Source: an uncultured virus (IMG/VR IMGVR_UViG_3300020577_013366) (Duplodnaviria; Heunggongvirae; Uroviricota; Caudoviricetes). From it: DNA of 64,000 nucleotides. The stretch is from IMG/VR virus record IMGVR_UViG_3300020577_013366. The stretch is one strand, 5' to 3'. Below the pieces are notes generated by a model. The model did no database searches. It had not been told where the DNA came from and was given only the letters and a program-made list of their open reading frames with translations. Position numbers and translations under genes: made by a program. This document shows positions 1-9,436 of this stretch, one piece after another (the first letter of the stretch is position 1; each line of letters starts with the position of its first letter).

Positions 1-54
1 GGCGGGACGGCGGTCAAGTACATCATCTCCGCGACGCCTGTGGAGTACAGTTGA
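1..54 (+). CDS. 3' end of a gene entering from the left (partial)
   Basis: Frame 1 reads GGTAVKYIISATPVEYS* with typical codon usage. Confidence 0.5.
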   Translation, partial: GGTAVKYIISATPVEYS

Positions 55-108
55 TGGCCGCTCGAAGTGCCCTATTTCTGCTACGCTTCCACGCTGTAGG
101 ACCACACG

Positions 109-1413
109 ATGAGCGCTCGTTCCGCCCTTGGCAGTGTCTCCGCGGTCGATGAGGCTGAGATCGCTGCGGCGGTCGCCCAGGCCATCGACATCCCCACGGC
201 GATCGAGAACGGAGCGGCGGCCAACGACGTCATCTCACCGCAACTCGACGTCATCGCCGCGCTGGTGCAGGCGGTCGGGACGGTGGACCTGCCAGCGATC
301 GCAGCCGCATGCGCCGCGGAGATCAATGCGCTCGGCTCGTGCCAGGCCGCTATCGACTCGCGCGAGGCCTCGCTGAAGACGTGGACGCAGGCGAGCGCAG
401 CGGCGGCGATCTCGGCCGCCGGCCTGCCCGCGGCGACCGCAACAGCCGTGGGTGCGCAGGCAGCCTGCGACGCGGCGATCGCTGCCAGGTCCGCCTCGTT
501 CACCTCGTGGGCGGCTACCGGGGCGGCGACGGCGATCTCCTCCGCCAACCTCCCCACCGCCGCGCAGGTTGCGAGCGCCGTGGGGGCGCAGGCGGCGTGC
601 GCTGCGGCCCTAACCGCCGCCACTGGTGTCGCCCTCATCACCGCGGCGCAGGTCACCGCCGCGGTCCCATCGGTCGCGCAGATCCAGTCCGGGCTCGCCA
701 CATCGAGCGCCCTCTCCACGCTCCAGAGCAGCGTCAACGGCCTCCCGTCCGCCTCCACGGTGCAGAGCTCCTGCGACTTGGCTATCGCCGCCCGCCAGAC
801 CTCGCTCACGACGTGGTCGCAGACCGGCTGCGCCGCGGCCATCTCGGCGGCGGCGCTCGCCACCGCGGCGAACCTCTCGACGCTCCAGAGCACCTGCAGC
901 GCGCTCCCATCAGCGGCCAACATCGTCACGGCCATCGCGGCATCGGCGAGCATATCGACCCAGATTCAGACCGCGTGCGCGGCCGCCCTCACCGCGGCGG
1001 CCGGCGGCATCATCCCAGGGGAGAGCGACATTGAAGCCGCCTGCACGAACGCCGTGAACGGCCTCGGCATCCCCGCCGCCGTCGCTGCGCTGGCCGTGGG
1101 CGCGAGCTTCCTTCACACCTCCGTGACCCTCAGCGGAGCCGGCACCAGCGGAACCGTGATTAGCGCTCCGGCAGCCGGCCTCCGCCACTACATCGTCGCT
1201 GTCATGGCGGCCTGTAGCGCCGCTAACACCACGTTCTCGCTGGCCAGTTCCGGTGGGACGACCATGGGGGCGATGCAGATCCTGATCGGTAACACGCTCA
1301 GCCTGGCGATCCCGTTCGGCTACATCATCCGCGGCGCGACTGCCACATCGGTCACCGGCAACAAGACCACCGGCGCGACGGTGGTGATCGACGTCTGGTA
1401 CTACACGGCATGA
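109..1413 (+). CDS. Ala-rich repeat protein, probable virion fibre/structural protein
   Basis: 434 aa; repeated C.AAI.AR..S...W....AAAIS.A.L units; beta-rich C-terminal domain; stop overlaps next ATG. Confidence 0.6.
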   Translation: MSARSALGSVSAVDEAEIAAAVAQAIDIPTAIENGAAANDVISPQLDVIAALVQAVGTVDLPAIAAACAAEINALGSCQAAIDSREASLKTWTQASAAAAISAAGLPAATATAVGAQAACDAAIAARSASFTSWAATGAATAISSANLPTAAQVASAVGAQAACAAALTAATGVALITAAQVTAAVPSVAQIQSGLATSSALSTLQSSVNGLPSASTVQSSCDLAIAARQTSLTTWSQTGCAAAISAAALATAANLSTLQSTCSALPSAANIVTAIAASASISTQIQTACAAALTAAAGGIIPGESDIEAACTNAVNGLGIPAAVAALAVGASFLHTSVTLSGAGTSGTVISAPAAGLRHYIVAVMAACSAANTTFSLASSGGTTMGAMQILIGNTLSLAIPFGYIIRGATATSVTGNKTTGATVVIDVWYYTA

Positions 1414-1733
1414 CCTCGATCGCCCTGTCGTTCTTCCTCGCGCTGCCCATCCCTCCCAACCTGCCGATCCCCGTCGAGCTCGAGCTCTGCATCCTGAAGG
1501 CCGAGCTCTGCGCCGCCGAGGCTTATCAGCCGATGTGCGGATGGACCGACTACGAAGCGCTCGACGTGTGCACCGCGAACTACGAGGACTGCGCCTGGTT
1601 CATCCCCGAGATGCACGACGACGGCTGCCGCCAGAGCCACGTCACCTGCGCCATCGAAGCGCCGCAGTACCCCACCCATCTGGACTACCAGCACTTCTGT
1701 GCCGGCGTGGCCAAGACCTGCCCGTCGATCTGA
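1410..1733 (+). CDS. Small Cys-rich secreted protein
   Basis: Hydrophobic N-terminus, Pro linker, several CX6C pairs; ATGA overlap. Confidence 0.65.
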   Translation: MTSIALSFFLALPIPPNLPIPVELELCILKAELCAAEAYQPMCGWTDYEALDVCTANYEDCAWFIPEMHDDGCRQSHVTCAIEAPQYPTHLDYQHFCAGVAKTCPSI

Positions 1734-1743
1734 CCGGCCGCAT

Positions 1744-2112
1744 CTACTGCGGCGCGTAGGATGCGTTGATGTACACCGGCACGTTCAACGCATCGCTGAG
1801 CTTCGCCTGCTCGTGGAAGTAGGCGAGCTGGAGCGCCGCGATGGCCTGCGGGCCTGACATCGTGGTGCGCCCCGCGACGACCACCTGCTGGTTGCTGTAG
1901 GCCGCCTGCTGCTGCTCCTCAATGCACTCGAGGCGCCTGATGTACTCCCGCACGAGGTCGGCAGCGTGCGGGATGAGCACCGAGCACATGTCCATGATGC
2001 TCGTCTGCGGCTGGTTGATGATGCCGTAGCCCATCCCCGGGTCCGACGACCCGTAGGTCAGCGGGTATCCGAGGAACTTGTGGACCTTGGCGATCTCCAG
2101 CGGGGTGAGCAC
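1744..2112 (-). CDS. Putative head-completion/head-tail adaptor protein
   Basis: MLTPLEIAKVHKFLGYP N-terminus, helical 122 aa, downstream of capsid gene. Confidence 0.5.
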   Translation of the reverse strand: MLTPLEIAKVHKFLGYPLTYGSSDPGMGYGIINQPQTSIMDMCSVLIPHAADLVREYIRRLECIEEQQQAAYSNQQVVVAGRTTMSGPQAIAALQLAYFHEQAKLSDALNVPVYINASYAPQ

Positions 2113-2115
2113 GCG

Positions 2116-2565
2116 CTACTCCACGACGGCGACGGCGAGGTGGCCCTGCTCGACGAGGTTGGCCATCCGCTCGAGGTCGTACTGGCGCGCTTCGACCTTC
2201 GTCCCGGCGATGAACCTGAAGCCGCCCGTGACGGTGCAGTCCTTCAGCACGAGCAGGCTCCGCCCGGCGCGGTACCCCTCGCGCAATTGCTCGACGGTCG
2301 CCGGCGGCGTCAGCAAGTCCTGCCGCCCCATGGCGAGCGCCAGGCGCCCGAGCTGCGAGCGCACCTCGGAGAGCTCCTGCCCCTGGCGCGATACCCCCTC
2401 CGTGAGTCGCCCCAGCGCCGTCGCCAGCGTCTGCACCAGCTCGCTCAGCTGGGCGACCTGGACCTTCAGGGCCGCCTGGCCGAACGGGGCGCCCTTCTCC
2501 CCAGCGGTCGCCGGGGCGGGTGTGTCGGCGGCCACCGGGGCCGCCTCGGTCGCTGCCGCGGTCAT
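2116..2565 (-). CDS. Hypothetical head-module protein with coiled coil
   Basis: ORF coupled to neighbours in capsid operon. Confidence 0.65.
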   Translation of the reverse strand: MTAAATEAAPVAADTPAPATAGEKGAPFGQAALKVQVAQLSELVQTLATALGRLTEGVSRQGQELSEVRSQLGRLALAMGRQDLLTPPATVEQLREGYRAGRSLLVLKDCTVTGGFRFIAGTKVEARQYDLERMANLVEQGHLAVAVVE

Positions 2566-2984
2566 CAGGTCGTCATCTCCGCGAGCTTGGCCAGCCAGGT
2601 CAGGCCGTCACGCGTCTTGGGGGTGAGGATCCAGTGGCAGCGGCAGCCGGTCACCGCGTCGCCGGCGGCGAAGGTGAGGGTGGGGCGGCCGCCGGACATG
2701 GTGACCTTGCACTGCGTGGTGAGAGGGGTCCCCGAGAAGACGATCGAGCAGGGCCCGGTGACGCCGCCGGCGGTGGCGACGACCTTCAGGATCGTCCCGT
2801 ACTGCTCGACCGCGTTGGCGTCGGCGAACACGTGCACGTTCGTCGAGACGGTGCGGTCGGCCGAGTCGATCTCGCCGCCCTTGGCGAAGCTCGCCAGGAA
2901 GTCGCCGAAGTTCAGCTGTCCCAGCCGCATCGGGATGTCGGTCGGGTTGCCGTCGTTGAGGTAGGTCTGGAAAGTCTTCTGCAT
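2565..2984 (-). CDS. Putative capsid decoration/structural protein
   Basis: MQKTFQTYLNDG start; beta-rich; immediately after major capsid gene. Confidence 0.6.
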   Translation of the reverse strand: MQKTFQTYLNDGNPTDIPMRLGQLNFGDFLASFAKGGEIDSADRTVSTNVHVFADANAVEQYGTILKVVATAGGVTGPCSIVFSGTPLTTQCKVTMSGGRPTLTFAAGDAVTGCRCHWILTPKTRDGLTWLAKLAEMTT

Positions 2985-3046
2985 GGCGTGGTCTCGGACG
3001 AGGAGGTCAGGTGCAGGCGGAGGGCCGCGCCTGCGTCGGCTCAGGA

Positions 3047-4504
3047 TCAGCTGCCGTAGTGGATGACGGTGACGCCGCGCTTGAAGCGGGGGTTGTCGGC
3101 GGTCTGCAGGTCGAGCGAGTCGGAGAACGAGCCGCCGTAGTAGTCGGAGTTGATGCAGAAGCCGCCGAGGAAGAGGCCGTTGATCGGCATCCACATGCGG
3201 AGGTCGTCGCGCGGCGTCGCCATGAGGAAGCGGACGTTGTTGTCGAGGACGATCGACGCGGAGTCGGTCGTGATCGTCATGCCGTTGACCACCTTGGCGC
3301 CGATCGGGACGCCCTGGGCCTCGGGGCTCGCGTCGGACGGGTCGAGGTAGTGGGTGGTCCCCACGCCACCGCCGGTGATCAGCGTGTGGGTGATCGGCAC
3401 GCCGTTCTTGTTGATGACCTCGTTGAAGAACGACTTGGAGAGGCGGGCCTTCGGGAAGTTCGTCGGGCGCGAAACCTGGAGGCCGGTCGGGCTGTTGCCG
3501 GCGCGTGGGACGAGGTTGTTGTCCACGAAGGTGAACCCGCCGACGACGCCGATGACGCCGAGCTGCACCTGCGGGTAGGCGATGCCGCCGCGGATGAGGT
3601 TCTGGAACTCCGGGTCGCTCCAGAGCTGGCTCTTCGCCTGCGGCGAGAGGTGGACCCAGTAGGTGCCGTCCTCGTGCGGCGGGATGGAGTCCTGCTCGAG
3701 GTAGACCAGCGCCTCGCGGAGCGCGGCGAAGGTCAGCCACGAGGTCTGCGTGATGCCGTCGACGTTGGAGCTCCCGTTGACGTAGACGCGGTGGCTCGCA
3801 TCGAGCGCGCGGACGGTGTCGCCAGCGGTGAAGGCGGTGTTGGCCTGCAGGGTCAGGGTGCCGCGGCCGAAGGGCACGGTGGCGTCGGCCGGCGAGACGG
3901 CGATGACGTTGGCGTAGACCGCCGCGTCGCCGACCCCGATGCGGATGCGCTTCGGGTTGTTGGTCGAGACCGGGAAGAGCTTGCCGTTGCTGTCGAGCTG
4001 GTGCGAGAAGCCGCAGATGGTCGAGACCGGCAGGACGGTGGAGGCGCCCTGCGTGTCGTTGGCGATCGCGTGGCCGCCCTCGTAGGCGCTGTAGAGCGTC
4101 CGGCGGCGGACCGCGTTCAGCTTCTTGGCCATGCCGAGGCCGATCTGCTGCCACCTGACGCTGAAGTCGCTCTTGACCGTCAGCGCGTTCTCCAGGAGGT
4201 AGATGCGGTCGGCCTCGGCGTACTGCGAGACGCGCACCGACATCTCCTCGTACTTGGCCCCCTTGTAGACGGGGTCCTGGCCGGGCTCGAGCGCCTCCTC
4301 GTCCGTGTCACGCGGGCGGATGCGGGGGATCGTCTGGGTCTGCCCGACGCCGTGCATCCACTTCTTCTGATCCTTGAACTCGATGTCGTAGCGGAGCTTC
4401 GACTGCAGCGACAGCAGGATCATCGCCTGCGCCGTGCCGTCGTTGATGATCGGCGACAGGACGCCGAATGGGGTGGTGATCAGTCCGGTGTTGGGCGTGA
4501 ACAT
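3047..4504 (-). CDS. Major capsid protein
   Basis: 485 aa; follows scaffold; HK97-like segments (GQTQTIPR, YWVHLSP...L, GVIGVVGGFTFV). Confidence 0.8.
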   Translation of the reverse strand: MFTPNTGLITTPFGVLSPIINDGTAQAMILLSLQSKLRYDIEFKDQKKWMHGVGQTQTIPRIRPRDTDEEALEPGQDPVYKGAKYEEMSVRVSQYAEADRIYLLENALTVKSDFSVRWQQIGLGMAKKLNAVRRRTLYSAYEGGHAIANDTQGASTVLPVSTICGFSHQLDSNGKLFPVSTNNPKRIRIGVGDAAVYANVIAVSPADATVPFGRGTLTLQANTAFTAGDTVRALDASHRVYVNGSSNVDGITQTSWLTFAALREALVYLEQDSIPPHEDGTYWVHLSPQAKSQLWSDPEFQNLIRGGIAYPQVQLGVIGVVGGFTFVDNNLVPRAGNSPTGLQVSRPTNFPKARLSKSFFNEVINKNGVPITHTLITGGGVGTTHYLDPSDASPEAQGVPIGAKVVNGMTITTDSASIVLDNNVRFLMATPRDDLRMWMPINGLFLGGFCINSDYYGGSFSDSLDLQTADNPRFKRGVTVIHYGS

Positions 4505-4542
4505 GGTGGGTTACTCAGGTGCGGCTCGGGCTCGTTGGGCGG

Positions 4543-5310
4543 TCAGTGGAAGGTGGGCATGATCCCGTGGCGCTCGCGGACCGACGCCTGGAGGTCGGCG
4601 CGCGCGGTGGGGCTGTTCAGGTCGATCTCGCTGGGGGGCTTGGTCTTGAACTGGCGCTGGCCCTGGCCCTCGCCGCTACCCTCGGGGGCAGCGCGCTCTT
4701 GGGCGCCCTCGGCCTTGCCGCCGGTGTCGATCGGCTTGCGCTCGCCGGCGCCGGCCGGGGCCGGCTGCTTGAAGAGGAACGGCTCGGCCTTCTGGACCTT
4801 GGCCAGCGCCTTCTCGGTGTCGTCGGCGCCCGCGGCGAGCTCGCGCTGGACGGCGGCCTGGATGTAGCCGAGCGCCGCGGGGTTCGCCGGGGTCAGCGAC
4901 TTGGTGACGAGGTGGGCGGAGATCTCCGAGCTCAGTCGGGCGGCGGCGAGCTCGGCCTGCACGGCCTTCAGCTTCTCGCTCGCCTCGTCCGCCTCGGCGC
5001 GGGCCTTGGCGGTCTCGTCCATCTTCTCGCGCTCGGCCTTCCGGCTGGCCTCGGCGGCCTGGGCGGAGAGGGCGTCCTTCACCTTCTTCTCGGCGAGCTT
5101 CTCGGCGGCCTTGTTGATGCGGCGCTCCTCGGCGGCTTCCTTCTCGGCGGCCTCCTCGGCTTCCTTCGCCGCCTTCGCGGCGGCCTCGGCAGCGGCCTTC
5201 GCTGCCTGCTTCTGCTCGGGGGTCTCGCCTGCACCAGCTCCGGCGCCGGCCTTGCCGTCTGCGCCCTCGTCCTTGCCGTCTTTGTTCGCGTTCGCGTCGT
5301 TGTCAGCCAT
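4543..5310 (-). CDS. Capsid scaffolding protein
   Basis: Ala/Glu/Lys coiled coil with typical 'PFLFK' motif and Gly-rich tail; GGAG RBS. Confidence 0.8.
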   Translation of the reverse strand: MADNDANANKDGKDEGADGKAGAGAGAGETPEQKQAAKAAAEAAAKAAKEAEEAAEKEAAEERRINKAAEKLAEKKVKDALSAQAAEASRKAEREKMDETAKARAEADEASEKLKAVQAELAAARLSSEISAHLVTKSLTPANPAALGYIQAAVQRELAAGADDTEKALAKVQKAEPFLFKQPAPAGAGERKPIDTGGKAEGAQERAAPEGSGEGQGQRQFKTKPPSEIDLNSPTARADLQASVRERHGIMPTFH

Positions 5311-5319
5311 GTTGGTCTC

Positions 5320-5763
5320 CTAGGCCAGTGGGCCAGATGCGTGCCACGCGACAGATCCGCTCCCCTGTACCTCGATCAGCGTCACGAGATTCGACCACGG
5401 GATCTCCATGACGATCAGCCCCTGCAGCGGGATGACGATGGTGGTGGTGTCCACCCTGGTCAGCCGCACGAGGAACTCCGCGTCGAACGTGTCGATCATG
5501 AGCAGCGCGGCTCGCTGCGTCGGCTGCATCGGCAGCACGACGTAGGCGTTCGGGCTGTTGATCGGCACGACGACCGTGCCGGCGTAGGTCTTGGGGTTGG
5601 CGTTCTTCTCGCGCAATTCAAGAGCCAGCGTCGGACCCGTGGTGTTCCCCGGGTTCGGCGAGCAACCAGCGCTGAGCGACACGCTCAGCGACCCGGAAAG
5701 CTCAACTTTTAGCTCCTGCACACGGCGAAGTATCAAGCCGCGCACCATCTGTAACAACGGCAA
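5320..5763 (-). CDS. Hypothetical beta-rich protein (start uncertain)
   Basis: ORF between gpF-like and scaffold genes. Confidence 0.55.
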   Translation of the reverse strand: MPLLQMVRGLILRRVQELKVELSGSLSVSLSAGCSPNPGNTTGPTLALELREKNANPKTYAGTVVVPINSPNAYVVLPMQPTQRAALLMIDTFDAEFLVRLTRVDTTTIVIPLQGLIVMEIPWSNLVTLIEVQGSGSVAWHASGPLA

Positions 5764-5825
5764 ACCGCATCCAGCAGGCTATTGCCGGTGTTCGCCGCTG
5801 GTGCTTCGCTGGCAGATCTCGGCTG

Positions 5826-7238
5826 CTACATTGCGCGGGCCAGCCCTGTGCCGTCTGACGACTCTGGGGTGACGCTTTGGCGCAGCGCTCCCGCAACCAC
5901 GAGCATCGCGGCGTGGGCCTGCCACGGCGCCGCGGTGTACGTGGGCGTCGACCGGCGAAGCGGAATCCGCTGGCGCCTCGAGAGCACCACGCGGATGGAG
6001 GCGCGGCCGACCGACAGCAGCAGCTCGACGTTGTCGGCGACGACCCGCACGGAGGTCACGCGCACAGCAAGGCCTCCGGCGGTGACGACCTCGCCGCGGC
6101 TCAGCTCGCCGGCGGTGATGCCCTCGCCGGCGGCCAGGTCGGCGGCGAGCCGGGCGGAGGCGAGGTTGAGCTGGGCGCCCGCGAGCTCCCGGAGCAGCCC
6201 CTGCTCGGCGGACCGATCGCCGCGCTGGTCGATCGGCAACGCGCGCTCGGCTCGGCGGCGCTCCTGCAGTCGCCCGGCGAGCAGGGTGACCGCGGCAGCT
6301 GCAGCAGCGAGGCGCCCGGCGAGCGCCGGCGGTGGGTCGCGCCGCGGGGTCGCGCCCGCCGGAGGCAGGTCCGGCGCCGAGGTGTCCTCCGGCTGGGGGG
6401 GCGGCCGGGAGAGCCGGGGCAGGTTCGGGCCCCACGCGGCCCGGTGGGGGACCACGATCTCCCGGTCGTGCGGGCGGTTCGGTGGCGCCATGTACTCGCG
6501 CTTGCCGTCGCTGAACGGGAGCCGGACCGGGCGGACCTGGCCGTGCACCAGCTTGCTATCCGGTCCGGTCACCTTGTCGAAGGTGGCGACCAGCCGCTTC
6601 AGCATCGGCGACTCGGGCGTGTCCTCCTCGATCATCGCCGCCAGCGCGGTGCCGTTGTAGATCGCGCTGGTCTCGGTCCGCAGGATCCTGTCCACCATCC
6701 ACTGCCGATCGCCGACCACGTCCCGGACCGCCGCCCAGACCCGCGCCCGCGCCTTCGTCCACGGTTGGCCGGTCAGCGCGAGCTTGCCCAGCTCGCCCTC
6801 GATCTCGGCCACCGCGGCGGCGCCGTAGCGCGCGAAGCTGGTGCCGTAGACCCGGAGACGGGTCTTGGCGAGCTGGCCGGCGTTGTGCTCGAGCCAGGCG
6901 AGCGTGTCGAATCGCAGCGGGGTGACGGCGCCGACGAAGCGCTTGTCGAGGTTGTTGAGCAGGGCGACCATGCGCCCCTGGCTGGCGCTGGCGACCGTGC
7001 GGGCCGTGCCGGTGAGCACCCCGGCCTGGCGGACGGCGAGTTGCTCGAGCGTGCTGCGGATCTGCACCATCGCCGCGACCTTGTTCGCCACGCCCCACGG
7101 GCCGATGGACGGCTTTATGTCGCGCTGGAGGTCGGCGATCGCCTCGCGGGCGAGCCGGGTCGTCCTGGCGCCCATCTGGTTGCCGAGGCGGTCGATGTCG
7201 GACTGCATCGCCGCGACGATGAGCGCGGCGTCTGTCAT
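5826..7238 (-). CDS. Minor head protein (Mu gpF/SPP1 gp7-like) with C-terminal extension
   Basis: RILRTETSAIYN, D.VT..DS..VHGQ.R...PF and PPNRPHDR motifs; downstream of portal. Confidence 0.8.
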   Translation of the reverse strand: MTDAALIVAAMQSDIDRLGNQMGARTTRLAREAIADLQRDIKPSIGPWGVANKVAAMVQIRSTLEQLAVRQAGVLTGTARTVASASQGRMVALLNNLDKRFVGAVTPLRFDTLAWLEHNAGQLAKTRLRVYGTSFARYGAAAVAEIEGELGKLALTGQPWTKARARVWAAVRDVVGDRQWMVDRILRTETSAIYNGTALAAMIEEDTPESPMLKRLVATFDKVTGPDSKLVHGQVRPVRLPFSDGKREYMAPPNRPHDREIVVPHRAAWGPNLPRLSRPPPQPEDTSAPDLPPAGATPRRDPPPALAGRLAAAAAAVTLLAGRLQERRRAERALPIDQRGDRSAEQGLLRELAGAQLNLASARLAADLAAGEGITAGELSRGEVVTAGGLAVRVTSVRVVADNVELLLSVGRASIRVVLSRRQRIPLRRSTPTYTAAPWQAHAAMLVVAGALRQSVTPESSDGTGLARAM

Positions 7239-7459
7239 GCCATGGATCCATCATCCGGCGCACGCACGACGGTCAGGTGGCGCTCGTTCGCGGCTGGCCC
7301 CGGGGCTTCGGCGAACGGCATCCACCCGAACGCGACAACGGCAACATGGTGCGCCAGCGACGGGATGCCGTCGTTGATCATGTTCCACACGATGTCGTGC
7401 ACCGCCTGCCCCATCGGCCACATCTGCTCGCCCCAGACCAGCGTGACCTCCTGCATCAC
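7235..7459 (-). CDS. Hypothetical protein
   Basis: Overlapping start/stop with both neighbours. Confidence 0.55.
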   Translation of the reverse strand: MMQEVTLVWGEQMWPMGQAVHDIVWNMINDGIPSLAHHVAVVAFGWMPFAEAPGPAANERHLTVVRAPDDGSMA

Positions 7460-9249
7460 CCGACCTCGCCGCCAGCTGTCGGCTCCTGATCCTCGGCGCC
7501 GTTGTTCGCCGCCGCGCCGTCCTCGGCGGCCTTGTCAGCGCCGTCCTCGGCGCCGCCGAGATTGCCGAGGTCCAACGGCTCTTCCGCCTCCGCCTCTTCG
7601 TGGAGGCGATGCTGCTCCTGCTCCGCGTCGCGCAGGCCGGCAGCGGCGACGAAGAGCTCCGTCGCGGTCTGGAAGGAGAGGAGCTTGGCGCCCGTCGCGG
7701 TCGTCAGCGCGGTCGCCAGGTCCTTCAGGTCGGTCGGCGTCGGCGTGTCGTATGGCGGCCACACCACCCGCACCGACCGGCCCTCGCCGACCTTGTGCGG
7801 CCCGAGCTTTTCCTCCGGCTCGGGCGGCTTCGGCTTCATCGGCGGCGCGGCGATGGCTGGCGGGGCGGCCCCCTCATCACCGGGGTCTGGCGCATCCGGC
7901 TCTTCTGGCTCCTCCGGCTCGGGGGGCTCGACCTTGTAGACCCGGGGCGGGAGAACGATCATCCCGTCACCGGGATCGTCCTCCGAGGTGACGCCCCAGC
8001 CGCGCCCGAGGTTGATCCAGATCTCGGCGAGCTGCCGGATCGTCCAGGTCTGCGCCGTGCGGATCCGGTTCGCCCTGGTCTCCATCCCGCGTCGCAGCTT
8101 CGCCACCGCGACCCCGGACGGTGCACTGGTGATCGTCTCGCTCTCGGGCATCCAGCAGTTCACGTTCTTCAGCACCTGCGCCTGCATCCGGTCGGCGCTG
8201 TCCCAGCCCATCTTCACGCTGTCGCCCTTGGTCTCCAAGTAGGTGACCTCGCCGCCCTTGCCCACGCGGATCTCGTCCCCGGTGCCCTTGGCGAGGCGGG
8301 GGAACTGCTGCGCCATCGACATCGGGTCGTCGGCCCGCACCATCTTCGGCTGCGTGTTCGCCTTCGTCGCCTTCAGGGCGTGCGACTGGACGCGATCGAC
8401 CTCGTCGCACATCTCCAGGTTCTGCTGATTCAACAGGTCGTACTCGCCCTCCGGCGAGTGGGTCTTGCGCGTGTTCTGCACCCACACCACCGGGCACCTC
8501 CCGGCCTTGTGCTGGACCTGTTCCTCCACCTCGAGCGGGATGTTCTTGTCGTTGTCGAGCTCGACATCCTTGAACTCGATGTACTCGGTGGTGGTCCACA
8601 TGCGGGTCCGGATGCGGACCTTCGGGCGAGCGGTCGGGCCCTCCGTCGGGTCGGGGGCGACCTCCACCTTGTACTGGTGGATCACCTCGGCCGGCACCCA
8701 CCGCTTGCGGTTCGCCCACCGCAGCACCTGGACGGCGAAGCTCGGCAGCGTCTCGCAGTTCGGCTGGTTGGCGGTGATGCTGGGGATCATCACCGCCGAG
8801 CCGGTGGCGCCAGCGTAGTCGCGCGCCTCCTGGTGGGCGTCGAAGGTGCAGCTCTCCTCGAAGATGGCAGTGAGGTAGGCGGCCGTGTCGTCGTCGGCGG
8901 GGCAGAGCAGCGTCGGCGCGACGCCCGTGGTCAGCTCGGTGAAGCGGGAGACCACGCGGCGGGCGAGACCGGCGGGGGCATTCGGCCGGCGGCTGTCGTA
9001 GCTCACCCGCTGGATCTCGGAACCCCAGATGAAGCCCTTGTCCCGGTGCCGATCGGCGATGTAGCTGACCCCGGAGCCGCGGGATCGCCCCTGGAAGTCG
9101 GCGTAGCAGTAGTCGTGCTGGCTGCCCTCCCACCAGCGGTACAGGGTGCAGAGCTCCTGGTAGCGCGGGTCGGCGTTGCGGTCGTAGACGTAGACGGGGG
9201 GGAGCGACGCCTTTTCGGCGGGCGAGGCGGGCTCTTTGGCGTAGTCCAT
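7456..9249 (-). CDS. Portal protein
   Basis: 597 aa; 'H..GRCPVV' and 'SGVAV..L' SPP1-type portal motifs; acidic tail; heads capsid operon. Confidence 0.8.
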   Translation of the reverse strand: MDYAKEPASPAEKASLPPVYVYDRNADPRYQELCTLYRWWEGSQHDYCYADFQGRSRGSGVSYIADRHRDKGFIWGSEIQRVSYDSRRPNAPAGLARRVVSRFTELTTGVAPTLLCPADDDTAAYLTAIFEESCTFDAHQEARDYAGATGSAVMIPSITANQPNCETLPSFAVQVLRWANRKRWVPAEVIHQYKVEVAPDPTEGPTARPKVRIRTRMWTTTEYIEFKDVELDNDKNIPLEVEEQVQHKAGRCPVVWVQNTRKTHSPEGEYDLLNQQNLEMCDEVDRVQSHALKATKANTQPKMVRADDPMSMAQQFPRLAKGTGDEIRVGKGGEVTYLETKGDSVKMGWDSADRMQAQVLKNVNCWMPESETITSAPSGVAVAKLRRGMETRANRIRTAQTWTIRQLAEIWINLGRGWGVTSEDDPGDGMIVLPPRVYKVEPPEPEEPEEPDAPDPGDEGAAPPAIAAPPMKPKPPEPEEKLGPHKVGEGRSVRVVWPPYDTPTPTDLKDLATALTTATGAKLLSFQTATELFVAAAGLRDAEQEQHRLHEEAEAEEPLDLGNLGGAEDGADKAAEDGAAANNGAEDQEPTAGGEVG

Positions 9250-9336
9250 CCGCCGGCGAGGCTATCACGCAGGAAGGCCGGCGGCGCGGGGTGCATCATT
9301 CCCGCGCCGCCGGCCTCGCCATCATCCCCCCTTCAA

Positions 9337-9406
9337 CAGCCCAGGCCGGGTACGGACCGGCGTCTCCCGCGAGTAGGGGCGGGTGTTCTCGCTGAACTAC
9401 CGAGCT
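9337..9406 (-). tRNA. Atypical tRNA-like RNA (8-nt anticodon loop CCCUACUC)
   Basis: Full cloverleaf: AGCTCGG/CTGGGCT, GTTC/GAAC, CCCGC/GCGGG, GCCGG/CCGGC; non-canonical D and T loops; no encoded CCA. Confidence 0.65.
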
Positions 9407-9436
9407 GGCCGTTTCTACGCCGGGTCGGCGGACGGA

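Noticed and set aside
54..152. Short ORF MAARSALF... echoing the MSARSALG start of the next gene
   Set aside because: Only about 6 similar codons; cannot separate from chance or a tiny local duplication
7800..7940. Pro/Glu repeats (PEPEEPEEP) in the portal gene
   Set aside because: Low-complexity flexible insertion within a coding frame
9337..9406. Calling the tRNA-like element tRNA-Pyl or a true amber suppressor
   Set aside because: Shares a 5-nt D loop and G73 but has a 2-nt linker, 5-bp anticodon stem and 8-nt loop without U33; no pylS/pylBCD in the window
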